Assembly (NCBI GenBank): GCA_964304625.1
Contig: OZ199840.1
Coordinates: 5,938,584-6,002,583, forward strand
Source of the DNA: Kudoa neothunni
Taxonomy: Eukaryota > Animalia > Cnidaria
Length of the DNA: 64,000 nucleotides
Direction of reading: 5' to 3'
Below, piece after piece: positions 53,091 through 64,000 of this stretch; positions within the stretch are counted from its first letter, which is position 1, and each line of letters opens with the position of its first letter. The notes below the pieces were generated by a model. The model searched no databases and was not told where the DNA came from. It saw only the letters and a program-made list of their open reading frames with translations. The translations under genes were made by a program, and so were the position numbers.

Positions 53091-54038
53091 CTAATACGAA
53101 TTATCTTATTAATCCTCTTGAAAACACGTTTTGTGTAAAGTAACTGAATAATTAAACAATAATAATCATTTATATGAATATTAATTGCAGTAGAACTTTG
53201 GGATAAAAATAGAATTCTCATCCAGATCGGCAGTGTCAATAGTAATCTTCTCTTGAAGCTTAAATTAATCCTATTCGGATTAGTAAGTTTCCTGAAGTGC
53301 TTTGGCTGTAATCCATTTTATAGAAAATGCTTTCCATGCCGTATATGGTGATGGCAATTACACTGCCGATTCTTGCTTTTAATATGATTGTTTTGATTTT
53401 GTGGATATTGAAAGATCGGCTTTTTGGAAGGTGTTACGGCAGAAGATGATCGAATCCTAAGAATCATTACATTCCGCTCACTCACCTACTAACCATTGTC
53501 TTCAACATCTAGTTCAAACTAGAGGTTGGACTTGTATATCTTAATCGGTGCAAGGTTTGTGTTCGAATCCTTCGTTTCTGTTAAACTATGTTCTAACCTT
53601 ATAACTTTTATATTTTGTTGAATATTTAGAGAGATTGTTTTTCCATCTGAGTATATTAATATAAATATTATATTTTCTCGTGTATTGATAATAATATCTA
53701 ATAATAACTAATTTATTTTTTTGGTATCTTGGAATTTATTGGCGGAATATTTATTAATAAAAATTCTTTATATTTCATTAACTTATATAGATTTTTATCT
53801 TATTAGCATTAATTTGTTATTCCGATTTTTTTCAATCAAATTCGACGTGAATTATAGAAAAAATTTTAGGATTTTTTTAGAATAATTTTATAATTAAACT
53901 TGGTTTGCTACTAATCATTTCAAATCCCAGATTTTGTTACGATTGTGCTTAAAGACTCAATTATACTGTAGTTAATTTAGTTGGACATTTTAATTTAAAT
54001 TACTTAATAAAAAAATAAGTTATATTGTTCACACAATT

Positions 54039-54696
54039 ATGAGTTCTAATGAGCGTGTAATTCAATTTAAAAAGGTTCGCGAATGATATACTGTGCTTGG
54101 GGTTTGTTACGGGGAGAGTGTAGTTGCTTAGGAAACGTTTGGTAGTGCAGGACACAAATGAATCTCAATTATAGAATTGTCACAAATCGACGAAATCAAT
54201 AGCTACGTAGCAATTATAGTATGAAAGAATGCCGAGTGGTGGCTAATAAAGCGAAACACAAAACAACGAAGGCGAGGCATTTGACGAGGAGTATATCTCG
54301 CAAGGTATTCTGCACAACAACCTTTAAGTGATATCTTTTAAAGTTGAAGATAATGATGACCACCACTCCAACCATAAACTTCTCCATGCCATATTTGGTG
54401 TTAATATGTACACTCCCAATATTGTTGTTCAACACTATTATCCTAGTTATTGTGTTGAAATTTATCGCTCCAATATGGGCAACAAGGATCCAACCATGGC
54501 TTGAACGTAAACCCAGTTGTTGTAATCGAGAAATAAACCTTATTTAAATATAGTTCATTTCTATCCAATAGTTCGGAAATTTTTACACCTGAAGTCCAAA
54601 CCAATAAACACGGTGGTTATTGCAATTTTAAACTAGATTTTATTTATTTGATGTTATTAGAGCGCTGAAGAAACACTACTGTCTTGCAAAGTTTAA
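54039..54696 (+). CDS. Small unidentified membrane protein (about 5 exons predicted)
   Basis: Consecutive short GT-AG introns join in frame: ...MKECRVVANKAKHKTTKARHLTRSISRK|LKIMM...PYLVLIF|IVLKFIAPIW...|SAEETLLSCKV*. First exon uncertain; no family recognised. Confidence 0.45.
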
Positions 54697-54927
54697 CATA
54701 AACAATAAAACAACATACAATGGTTTATATGTTTGATATATATTTGTTTATTTTGGTGTGATTAATGGCGAATCAAGCGGTACAAAATATCTAAAATATA
54801 ATATGAATTTTAAGTTCGATGATACAAAAACCTATTACAATTCATCTATCTGCCCCATCGTTGCATATCCACTATCTAAAAATAAAATATAATAAATACA
54901 AGCACGTTTTATGTTATTCATTTTTAA

Positions 54928-55092
54928 GGCAGAGGCTATTGGCATGGTAAAATTTAATCCTAAACTGCATGTACGATTGTGCAATAGGAATTTTTGATCT
55001 CAGCAACTCATACTTACAGACGACGGTTTACAGATTTCACTTTATAGAATCTGCGATATTTAATATTATTTACTGCGCTAATAGCCATTTGC
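54928..55092. mobile_element. Mutator-family MITE (165 bp)
   Basis: TIRs GGCAGAGGCTATTGGCATGG / GCGCTAATAGCCATTTGC. 9-bp TSD CATTTTTAA / TATTTTTAA (8/9). Confidence 0.8.
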
Positions 55093-55220
55093 TATTTTTA
55101 AATTTGGTGGTCGGCTGAACTTGGATGTTTACTTAAAAATATCCGATTTTACCCCAAATTAAAACTTCAATGTTCGTTGCTGCATCTCAAAAATCATATT
55201 CAATGATTTAACCTTATTAA

Positions 55221-56069
55221 CCCTTCCCGTGCTGAGCTCAGAAAAAGTCCATGTGTGCCCATGGGGTATTTGAGGAACCCCGGGAGAAATCAACTTGAAA
55301 TTATTTTTTTCGATTTCAAGTAAATCAAAACATCTTTCAATGTATTTATAAAGTATTTTAACCCATCGAAACTCCATATATTTTCGTGTATGTCGATTGG
55401 TATACTAAAATTTAAAGATCAACCTACGCCAAAATAAATATTTTATAAAAATTGTTGTCGATATTATATAGTTCCAAGTAAGGAAAAGTTTAGTTTCGAA
55501 TAAAACTTCTAAGTTTATGGAGAAGTGTAACCACCAACCTATCAACATATTATCAAAATATTCCGGAACAACGGCACACGAGATCATTCTCAGACTATGA
55601 CAACGCCTTAATCTCAAAATCACGCTTCTATTGCATGTTCTGCATTAAACTTCCCTCAAACCCCTTTATATGATTAAATTAAATTTAAACCTAGTTACGT
55701 TGAAACTCTCAATTCTCCAACGAAAAAAAATTCACCAGACCACGATTGTTATTAATTAATCTTTGTTAATCCTTATCTGATAATTTAAGTTTGAAAATAT
55801 CTAGCCCAAAATCAAAATATTGAAGTATACAGTTGATTTTATTATTTACAAAAATGTAAATGAATATTTAGCAGTCGCAAAAATGATTTTTATGAATGGA
55901 ACCGTGGGACCAATTAAAAATTTGAGGTTATACTTCTTGTTAAAAATTAAATATAAATTAATAGGAAAGCATTCAAGAAATTTCAATAGAATAAATTGCG
56001 TCTGTTAGTAATTAAGAAGAAATTATCACATTTTGGGTACCAAATATGCCCCACCTGGTTCCGGAAGGG
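55221..56069. mobile_element. piggyBac-type non-autonomous element
   Basis: TTAA|CCCTTCCCG ... CCGGAAGGG|TTAA. Confidence 0.85.
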
Positions 56070-56261
56070 TTAAATACGTATGCAAACAATATTAGAAAAT
56101 ATATTCTGCGCAATTAGTTACACTATGAAATTAAAATCTTATTATTAATAAGAACTCCTTACAAATTTCCACACTATTCTCATTAACTATAATCATTGGT
56201 TGAATTAATATTTTTGGAAATTATAAATTTCCGAATTCCCTCGACACGCCATTTATTGTAT

Positions 56262-57115
56262 TTAAATCTGTGGAATTCCATAAAATTTACCAAATTCGAG
56301 AAAACGTTTTCTCAAATAAAAATCTTCTTTCACTGATTTTTTTGTGAAATTGATAACACCTGAGAAACCAGTTTCATCATTATTCTTTTGAATGGAATCA
56401 ACATGGGCATTATAAGGTGCGAGTATTGAGTTGAGTTCCGCCAAGGTGACATTCAACGGGATATCGTTTATGGTTAGTTTGTTCGGTGAGATTACTAGCA
56501 TTTTTTGGAATATTTTCACACCATATTTCCCACTGTGCTCAACAATAGAATTCCATTGATTGAGGTCCAAAAAGAGTTGAATGTATTTAGGTACAATATA
56601 ATTGGAGCGTGTGTATATAAGCGAGAGAGGATTAATCCAACTTTTAAGACTGAAATTATTCATTTTATGAATGTAGAAAGGTTTTATACTAAAAATTGAA
56701 TAATTAGAGTGTCACGTGTAGTTAATGGATTGAGTGTAATAATGAGAAAACAATACGATGGAGGGAAATAAGGCATAACTTCAACTTTATTTTTAACTAA
56801 ATCACACAAACACTTACAAACTTAATTTGAATCTAATTGGTTACAAAATAATTTTCCGCTTTTTTGATGCAGTTTTTCGCACATGTCCAGCGTAGGAAGT
56901 TCCAAAATTGCGGTTCGTTCGATGTTCTCATCACCCACTTCCAATATTCTGCAAGCTATCGTATCTATAGATCTAAGCCATTTCACTGTATCATCTTCAG
57001 ATACATTAGAAGGGATATTAAGAAGACCAACCTCATAGTTGCTAGATATTTAAATATAAATTTTTATAAGTTTCCTACGTTGTTGTGGAACAAATCGATA
57101 CCCATTTTTATTCAT
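56262..57115 (-). CDS. Divergent two-RRM protein, multi-exon
   Basis: ATG at 57115. Spliced: MNKNG|NYEVGLLNIPSNVSEDDTVKWL...RTAILELPTLDMCEKLHQKSGKLF|FKNKVEVMPY...KLTINDIPLNVTLAELNSILAPY...FSGVINFT. Both blocks follow the RRM pattern. 3' end uncertain. Confidence 0.65.
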
Positions 57116-57244
57116 ATTTAAAAGTGTAAAATGGCGTCTGCCGAGACGGTGCGAAAACTGAAATAACGGTTCAAAAAACATCAACTACGTTTGGATGTGG
57201 ACGGGGTTCGTTCAACATCGGTTGGTTGAAGGATTAAATCATCA
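57116..57244. promoter_or_regulatory. Compact bidirectional promoter
   Basis: 129 bp, GC-enriched, between divergent start codons. Contains YY1-like AAAATGGCG at 57128-57136. Confidence 0.55.
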
Positions 57245-58576
57245 ATGTTTGGTTTGTTGGCTCCGCGCTCGTGTAAAAATTTTCGGAATTGCGCTCGCTA
57301 TTTATCTGACTTCTATATTAAAGAAAAGCAATTTTTCATAGTGTGGATTCTAATAGCGATTTCTAATAGAAATTCCTTTGTCGCCAAACCAAGTTCCAAT
57401 CAATCGGGCATATTTTTTGGAATCACTGGCGATTGCGTGTTGGATAATGACAATTTTTTGAATTCATTTATTAGAAAATGTATTCACCTATTATAAATAT
57501 TGCAGCGGCGTTAAAAAATAGATTCTCTATAGTTTCTCTGGATCGTACTTTTATCACCGTTACCACCAATAACGAGGGAAATCTCACCAATCATCTAAAT
57601 ATTTTCACAAAAAATACCTTGGATGTATTTTAAAATTGTAAAATATATCTGTAATTAATCGTTGAGATGGCCGAAATCAGAAAATTTCTGAACAATTACA
57701 ATGATGCTGGTTTGCAACCGGTTATTTTTGAGTCCACTTTTTTTGATGGCGTTTTATACTCCAAATCCAAAAGAAATGTTGTTCAAATCACTAGCCTGGA
57801 TAACTATCCTCATTTTCACGATTTGTTGAGGTTTTTTGAAGGTCACCCAGAATCTATTGTCGCCGAATGCTAATTAGCTGAATCTAGAATTTGAAATTAC
57901 TGATATCATCTCTTTGAGAAACTCTCGTGGAGATTTTACCGGCAGAATATTTGCTACATTGCCTAACGAAGAGCAAGCTTTCAAACTTTTACACTCAAAA
58001 AATGGAGCCACGTTTAACAATCAGTAATTTGGTGTGCTTTCCATTCACATACACATTATGCGATTTTGTTTGTCTAGAAATTTACGATTGAAAATTTCCT
58101 CTCCTCCTACACTGAAATCTTTTATTTCCATTAATCGTATTAGGTAATATTGAACAAATTTGGTACAATTTATTAATCTTTTTCATTTCTTCAGACCCAG
58201 AATGCCTCCACCAACTCAACATGATTCCATACTTGTGGTGTCCAATATCCCAAAACATATAAGTGTAAACGAATTAAAAGAAGCCATCAAGTTTAAAGGC
58301 GAAAAGAATTTCAGTATATCCAAATCGCCCAGTGACAGTGCTAACAGTATAGTCACATTTTGTAGGAGTTTTTCGGTTATTTAATGTGATTAGAAGAAAT
58401 CCAGCATGACACATACACAGTCTATGTGAATATGAAAAACGATGATTGTTGTGATAATGTTTTGAGTGATGCCCGCGAATCCGAATTCATACGTAAAATG
58501 TAATTTGAGTTATAAATAAGTTTTTTTTTGTAACTCTAATTTTAGGGGTATATCGATGTCAAAACTCTACGATTGA
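57245..58576 (+). CDS. RRM protein (GRSF1/hnRNP F-H-like quasi-RRM) with putative mitochondrial presequence, multi-exon
   Basis: N-terminus MFGLLAPRSCKNFRNCARYL|S. First domain VVQITSLDNYPHFHDLLRFFE..ITDIISLRNSRGDFTGRIFATLPNEEQAFKLL. Second domain ILVVSNIPKHISVNELKEAI...YTVYVNM. Stop at 58574-58576. Confidence 0.7.
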
Positions 58577-61332
58577 TAATTGATCTTTCTGAAAAGCTTT
58601 TTCATTATAAAATTTTTTATTTTTATTGATTGTAATGCCTTTTTGCGTATAAACATTATTGCATTAAATACTAAGTGTGCCTATACCAGTCTTGACTACA
58701 ATGTTTTGGTTCTATCCATCAGTAGGATTTTTTAAATTATGGTCGAATCGTAACTATAAGTATAAGAATTATACTACTATTATTTTTTTGTGATTTATTC
58801 AGTTCGCTTTTATAATGTGAACTATCAATGTAGGTGTCATTTGGGGGAAATTATATTAAATTATTTTAAGTATGTACTTTCGTTATCAATAAATATCAAA
58901 GTTGAGGTGCCATATTTTATTGGTTGAATTGACTGCTGCCCCATAATAATGATGTTCACATTAATGTTGATGTGATAATCTACATCGTTATTCCCATGAA
59001 ATGATTAAAAATTACACTTCGATGGCAACTTGTGTCACGCATTAAGGAACATTAAAATATTACACAAAATCAACCCCTCATATTACGACGTGCGATAAAT
59101 TTACGCGTATGCCGATCTAATCTCCTTTAGGCCTCAGATGAAATCAGCTTTAAACATCATCACTGAGTAGATAAATACAGTGATTCTGACGATAACTACG
59201 ACTTCATTAATGCCTATTTTTATTAGAGAGACTTATGATTTAAATTCTTAATTTCAATTTCAGAATATGAAATAATTATGTCAAAGATATCATAAATGTG
59301 GTTATTTGACGAAGAATCGAGTACTTCTCCTTAAACAAACCTCAGCGCGCACGGACACGGTAATGGGGTAGTACACGCCTCACCAAATTTAACCTTTTCC
59401 ATACGTTCGGCCGTCCCGATTTTATTCAAAACTTGTTTTACATTATTTTTAAATATTTAATGAATAGAAAGAACTCAAAGATCCTTACCTTAAAAAATAT
59501 GACAACATATTCCCTCGGGCTAAATCGGCACACGCGCACGCTTGTGCGCATTTGGGTTTTCCGTTGTTTTCAACTCTATATGATCATTAAAACAACTTTT
59601 ATACCATTAGTTTCGTTTAAATTGGACAATAATGACCATATTCTTAATCAGCGAATACAATTAAAATTGACCCTGTTGATTATTTTAGTTTTTTTGATGT
59701 ATCGGTGTTTCAGCGCCAGTAGGTTACTTTCGGCGTTATATTCATTATCAATAATAGATGCTATAATATATTATATATGGAACTCCTATTCCCGTGCAGT
59801 TATTTCATCAAACCGTAAAATTTAACTGATCGAATAAAACATTTTGAGCGATATGATGTTTTCTAAACTTCGTTAAGCAGATTTGCAGAAAATATTTGTT
59901 CATTTGGTATAAATGATTAAGCGTGAATAAAATTGTTGAGCATGGACAAATTAATTACATCACGAAATGGAAATTAGTATTTACAATATTATATATTGAT
60001 GTGTAATTTCTGTTGTATAAATGATTCCAAAGTTAATATTGCCACATCGTATTAAATCTATGCAACAACTGTATTATGAACCATTTTGATTATGTTTTTA
60101 ATATTTATTCATTTTTTCCATCTGATAACATTAATTTATTGTTTAACATATTCTCTCTCACAATTTTATGTTACGTAATAACACTAAAGTGATTTGAGAA
60201 ATAGTATATTCTGTAGACATAATTATAACATCGATATCTATAGGTGTCTTTTAACTCTAAAATTAAAAAAATGTAATTATTAGTGTTAATGCCACCATAA
60301 ACGCTCATTTTATAAACTACTGAAACACGTGACTATGCATATGGATTAAAGTATATCTAGAACTTAACAATTAGATATTTATAATTTCAAAAAAATTGTT
60401 TCTAATACAAAATTCCAACAAAAATAACAACAAAAGAAACATATAATCACATGCTATTGTATTTTCATTATCATTTCGTCAACAACCATTATCAAGATAT
60501 CAAAAAAATATATAATCTAAACCTCATTATCCGAAAAGAAACTTCTGAGTCTTAAATTTTTCAAATAATTGAGATTATAATGTAAAGTTGTCATTATTTT
60601 TAATAAAAAATGTTAATTTAATGGTTAATAATACATGTTGGCTAAATGTATTCAAAATAGGAAATTAATCAATGAACGATATTCCTATGGACAATTATTT
60701 GAGGTTGATTATAATTATTGCGTTCATAAAATTATTCCCCCCCCCCCCCAAACGTAAAGAATTTCTGTCAAAATATTTAATCTATTATAATTGATATTTA
60801 TTGTATTTTTTTAATATTTCCTTTCATGGTAAAGCAAACCGAATTATTTTCTTGTTGTTGTTTTTCTATAAGAACTGGGATTCTTGTATAATTATTTTCC
60901 AGCCTAAAAATGAATTCTATTAATGATTCCTCATTTGAGACGTGGTGTGGGGGCTAAATTGAATCCGAAAACGCTGGATTAATAATCTGTTTTGATCAAT
61001 GGGCAATACTTAAAAAACCACGTTACGCCAATAGTTGATACAAAATATAAACAACTTTTCATACAAATATCTTAATAATGAACTATATAATTATTCTTGA
61101 ATTAAATAATATTAGCAAAACCCCCATACGCGCAAGTTTTTGGTACGACGCATTAATAGGAGTCGATGACACTTAATATATTTAATTCAAAAAAATATCT
61201 TATTAAGTTTAATATGAAGTTCGGGTGAAGATGTACATTCTCCATCAAAACACACGCACATTCCGGTGAAATTATCGTAAATCATCGGCAATCACCCCTG
61301 TGACCTTCGAATTTGTTTACCTTCAAGGTGGA

Positions 61333-61908
61333 ATGACTCCTGCAAAAGATGGTCAAATAAGATCATTTAATAGTGGAAAAAGGCTTGGTGATCCTCCGGC
61401 CGCTTTTTTTATTCCAGCTTCCTTAACTATATCCGATTATTTTGATTGTACATAATTGATATCTATTAGCCTCGTAACACACTCAATTTCCTATTCCAAT
61501 AGGTAGATCACTCATTATGGTGACTGATGGTCGATCCTATGTTGGAGAGATTATGTCTTGTGATGTCGCAGGAAACATTCTTGTAGATAATTGCACCGAA
61601 CGAATTTTTGTTGGCGATAAATACGCTGACGATGATTCGTCATTATCGATGGTGTTAAAAAGTGAAAATGTGGCCTTTATTGCTGAAATTGTATGTACTC
61701 GTGTTGGCAACGTATTTTGAGCTTATTGTTCTAGGGCAATGATGAACAAGTTTATTCATACCTCACTAAAGTCCCATTTCAAGAAATATTTGATCTACAA
61801 ATGATTCAAGTTGAGCGGTTCAAAGTGGAAAATAGAAGAAGAAGAGTTAATGAATTTCATATTTCACCTGATCATCCTCTCAAATTCTTCATTTGTGATG
61901 ATTCTTAA
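61333..61908 (+). CDS. LSM1: Sm-like protein LSm1 (mRNA decapping complex), 3 exons
   Basis: Spliced: ...ASLTISDYFDC|RSLIMVTDGRSYVGEIMSCDVAGNILVDNCTERIFVGDKYAD...VLKSENVAFIAEI|...LTKVPFQEIFDLQ. The TERIFVGDKY motif and the C-terminal helix match LSm1 (VERIHVGKKYGD; LQQVSIEEILE). Confidence 0.85.
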
Positions 61909-64000
61909 TAATTTAACAATAAAAGCCATATTTTTTGTATGAGCTGTTTGTATCATTCGGAATGAGTGGATTTTTTCGCTATTAACAGCTAACCTTTTAA
62001 ATGTTAACGTCGTTACTAGCATTTATCTCATCCTTATCTGATGTTTACATACCGGTTCTATAACAAAAAATAATCAGATATATTATTTCTTTAAATATTA
62101 GTATATACAATTTTAATGATACAAATACAACAAATTAGGACCCCTTAAAGTGTTTTGGTAATCACGCGTGCGCCAAATATTGGTACTTTCATCGATTAAC
62201 GGCTTGCTCGTAATGTGAGAATATTCTTTATTAATGCTTTATTGCACATCCAAAATCATTCAGAGTACAGATGCGACTAATATTTTCGTTGCCGCCTGAT
62301 TAATCCTTAAAACTAGATTCTAGGGGGATGGTGGAATTAATTATTTCTGTTTCGTCTATCGATTCTACTGGCACCAAAAATAAAAACTTGACTTTATAGA
62401 TTTATTGAAATATGATGGTCATTACTGCATGCGTACAACTAACTTTAATAATATATCTTAATCAGGGTACTTATCAAAAATGTATAATAATTAAAAAATA
62501 ATATTTGTATCCAATATATTTATGCATTGATGAAAATCAATAAACACAGAAATTGGTTTGTATTAACTCTTTCAAAACACAGATCTAATCTGTCTCCTTA
62601 ACGTTCTAATGAGTCAAAACTTAGCAAAAAATATCGGACTCACGTTTTTATTTGATAAAATTATCTCAAACATAATTCAGCATTGACTGACAAAATATGA
62701 GGAAAATTCATAGAATAAATTTTGAATAAATGAGCGATTATTAAAGTTATAGTCTATATATGCCTGCGTGCATATTTATGTTGTTACATTTCCATGGAGT
62801 AGAATTGTATTTTATAGATGTATTTCTGCGGTTTTAGTTTTGATATTTAACCTTCTGAACACTTTTGTGATCCAAAAGATCTAGGTTTTTTATTTTATGA
62901 ATTCACTTTATAAATATAGATATATCATTTTACTCAGTTTCAAAAATTTCTGTCGACTAAACTTGAAGAAGTAACCGGGACGTTTGTGTAATTAATCCAT
63001 TATAATCTCCCTCGTGACCGTTTGGGGGATGGATCGCAAGTAATCGTTGTATGACCTTTACAGAATAATCTTTAACTTTTGAGAAATATACAATTCAACC
63101 GAATTGGACCTAATGATTCATATTTTTAGTACAAATATTTGATTTTATATTATAAAATATTGCTGAAGAACGTATTGTTACTCTGTGCGAATAATTCCAA
63201 GCTCCCCCGCGTTGCTTGCACAAAAATGAGTGAAATTGATGAGTGTCCCAATTAATTTCAATATTTGGGAAGTTAATTTGAGGAAAAATATTCGGGATAA
63301 TCTGAAACATCTACTGAATCGTTGCAACAAATACCATGAAAAAACCGCCAGGCGCTACTTCCGATTGGGTTCAGCACGTTAAAAGCGTGTTAGATTACTT
63401 TTCATCTTTTTCGCAAACATAATTTGTTTAATAAATCATAAATATGTCAACGTTTTTCTATTTTTATATTAATAAAAATTATTCTGGGTTAATTTATTAA
63501 ATAATCCAAATTGAACTAATAGTCAATGAAGAAAACCAGAAATATTTTTATAACTATAAATTTTTATCCTCATGTACAAATTTAGTAGTACTTGGATTTC
63601 CTTACAGGATTACATGTTGTTGTTTTAATCTGAGTGGATTCATTATTTAAACTATAATTGTTTGTCATTGTACGCAAATCAAAATTATTTTTATTATATT
63701 TAATGTTATTGATGTAACTACGACAAATAGATAATGTTTACAATGTGGATGATATTTAAATATTTTAATATAGAAAACTGTGAGCTTAATTACTAAATAA
63801 AAATTGACTTTTTTTGATGCATATATCTCTGAGAACCTAATATCAATGATCAAAATGATGATAAATAACATATACGCGATCCGATAGAATCTCGGAAGAA
63901 TCTGACTAACAACAATGAGTAATAACAATATAATTAAATTTTATTTTCTTTCGATTAAATGAATTAATTAAAATCAATTTTTTATTGATTAATAATAAAA

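Noticed and set aside
53200-53600. Coding-like minus-strand block with GT-AG signals
   Set aside because: I could not build a stop-free spliced model.
62940-63380. Coding-like minus-strand block
   Set aside because: All frames are interrupted and no family is recognised.
1-64000. Prokaryotic systems (CRISPR arrays, operons, defence islands)
   Set aside because: Genes have spliceosomal introns and animal-type products, and I saw no regularly spaced repeat-spacer array.

Overview
This is eukaryotic, not prokaryotic, DNA. It is very AT-rich and animal-like, with compact genes split by tiny spliceosomal introns (mostly about 37-60 nt) and separated by decayed DNA transposons, so the ORF track only shows exon fragments. 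Splicing by hand gives RPL27A (uL15), a full phospholipase C-beta, a PUM3/Puf6 homologue, a Gemin6-like Sm-fold gene, an ARF/ARL GTPase, LSM1, a head-to-head pair of RRM genes (one with a mitochondrial presequence) and two unidentified membrane-protein models. Mobile DNA includes CGGBP/DUF659-type hAT copies (one with nested insertions), a Mutator-like element with its MITEs (9-bp TSDs), piggyBac and its MITEs (TTAA), pogo/Tigger, Tc1-like remnants and a tRNA-derived SINE. PLC-beta, vertebrate-like RPL27A intron positions and strong protein divergence suggest a fast-evolving, reduced metazoan such as a myxozoan. That identification is inference only. The most notable observations are the loss of the oxygen-dependent hydroxylation site His39 in uL15, the 129-bp bidirectional RRM pair, and the triple-TIR fold-back end of the Mutator element. 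I found no clearly novel multi-gene system. All gene models are manual and have no transcript support.
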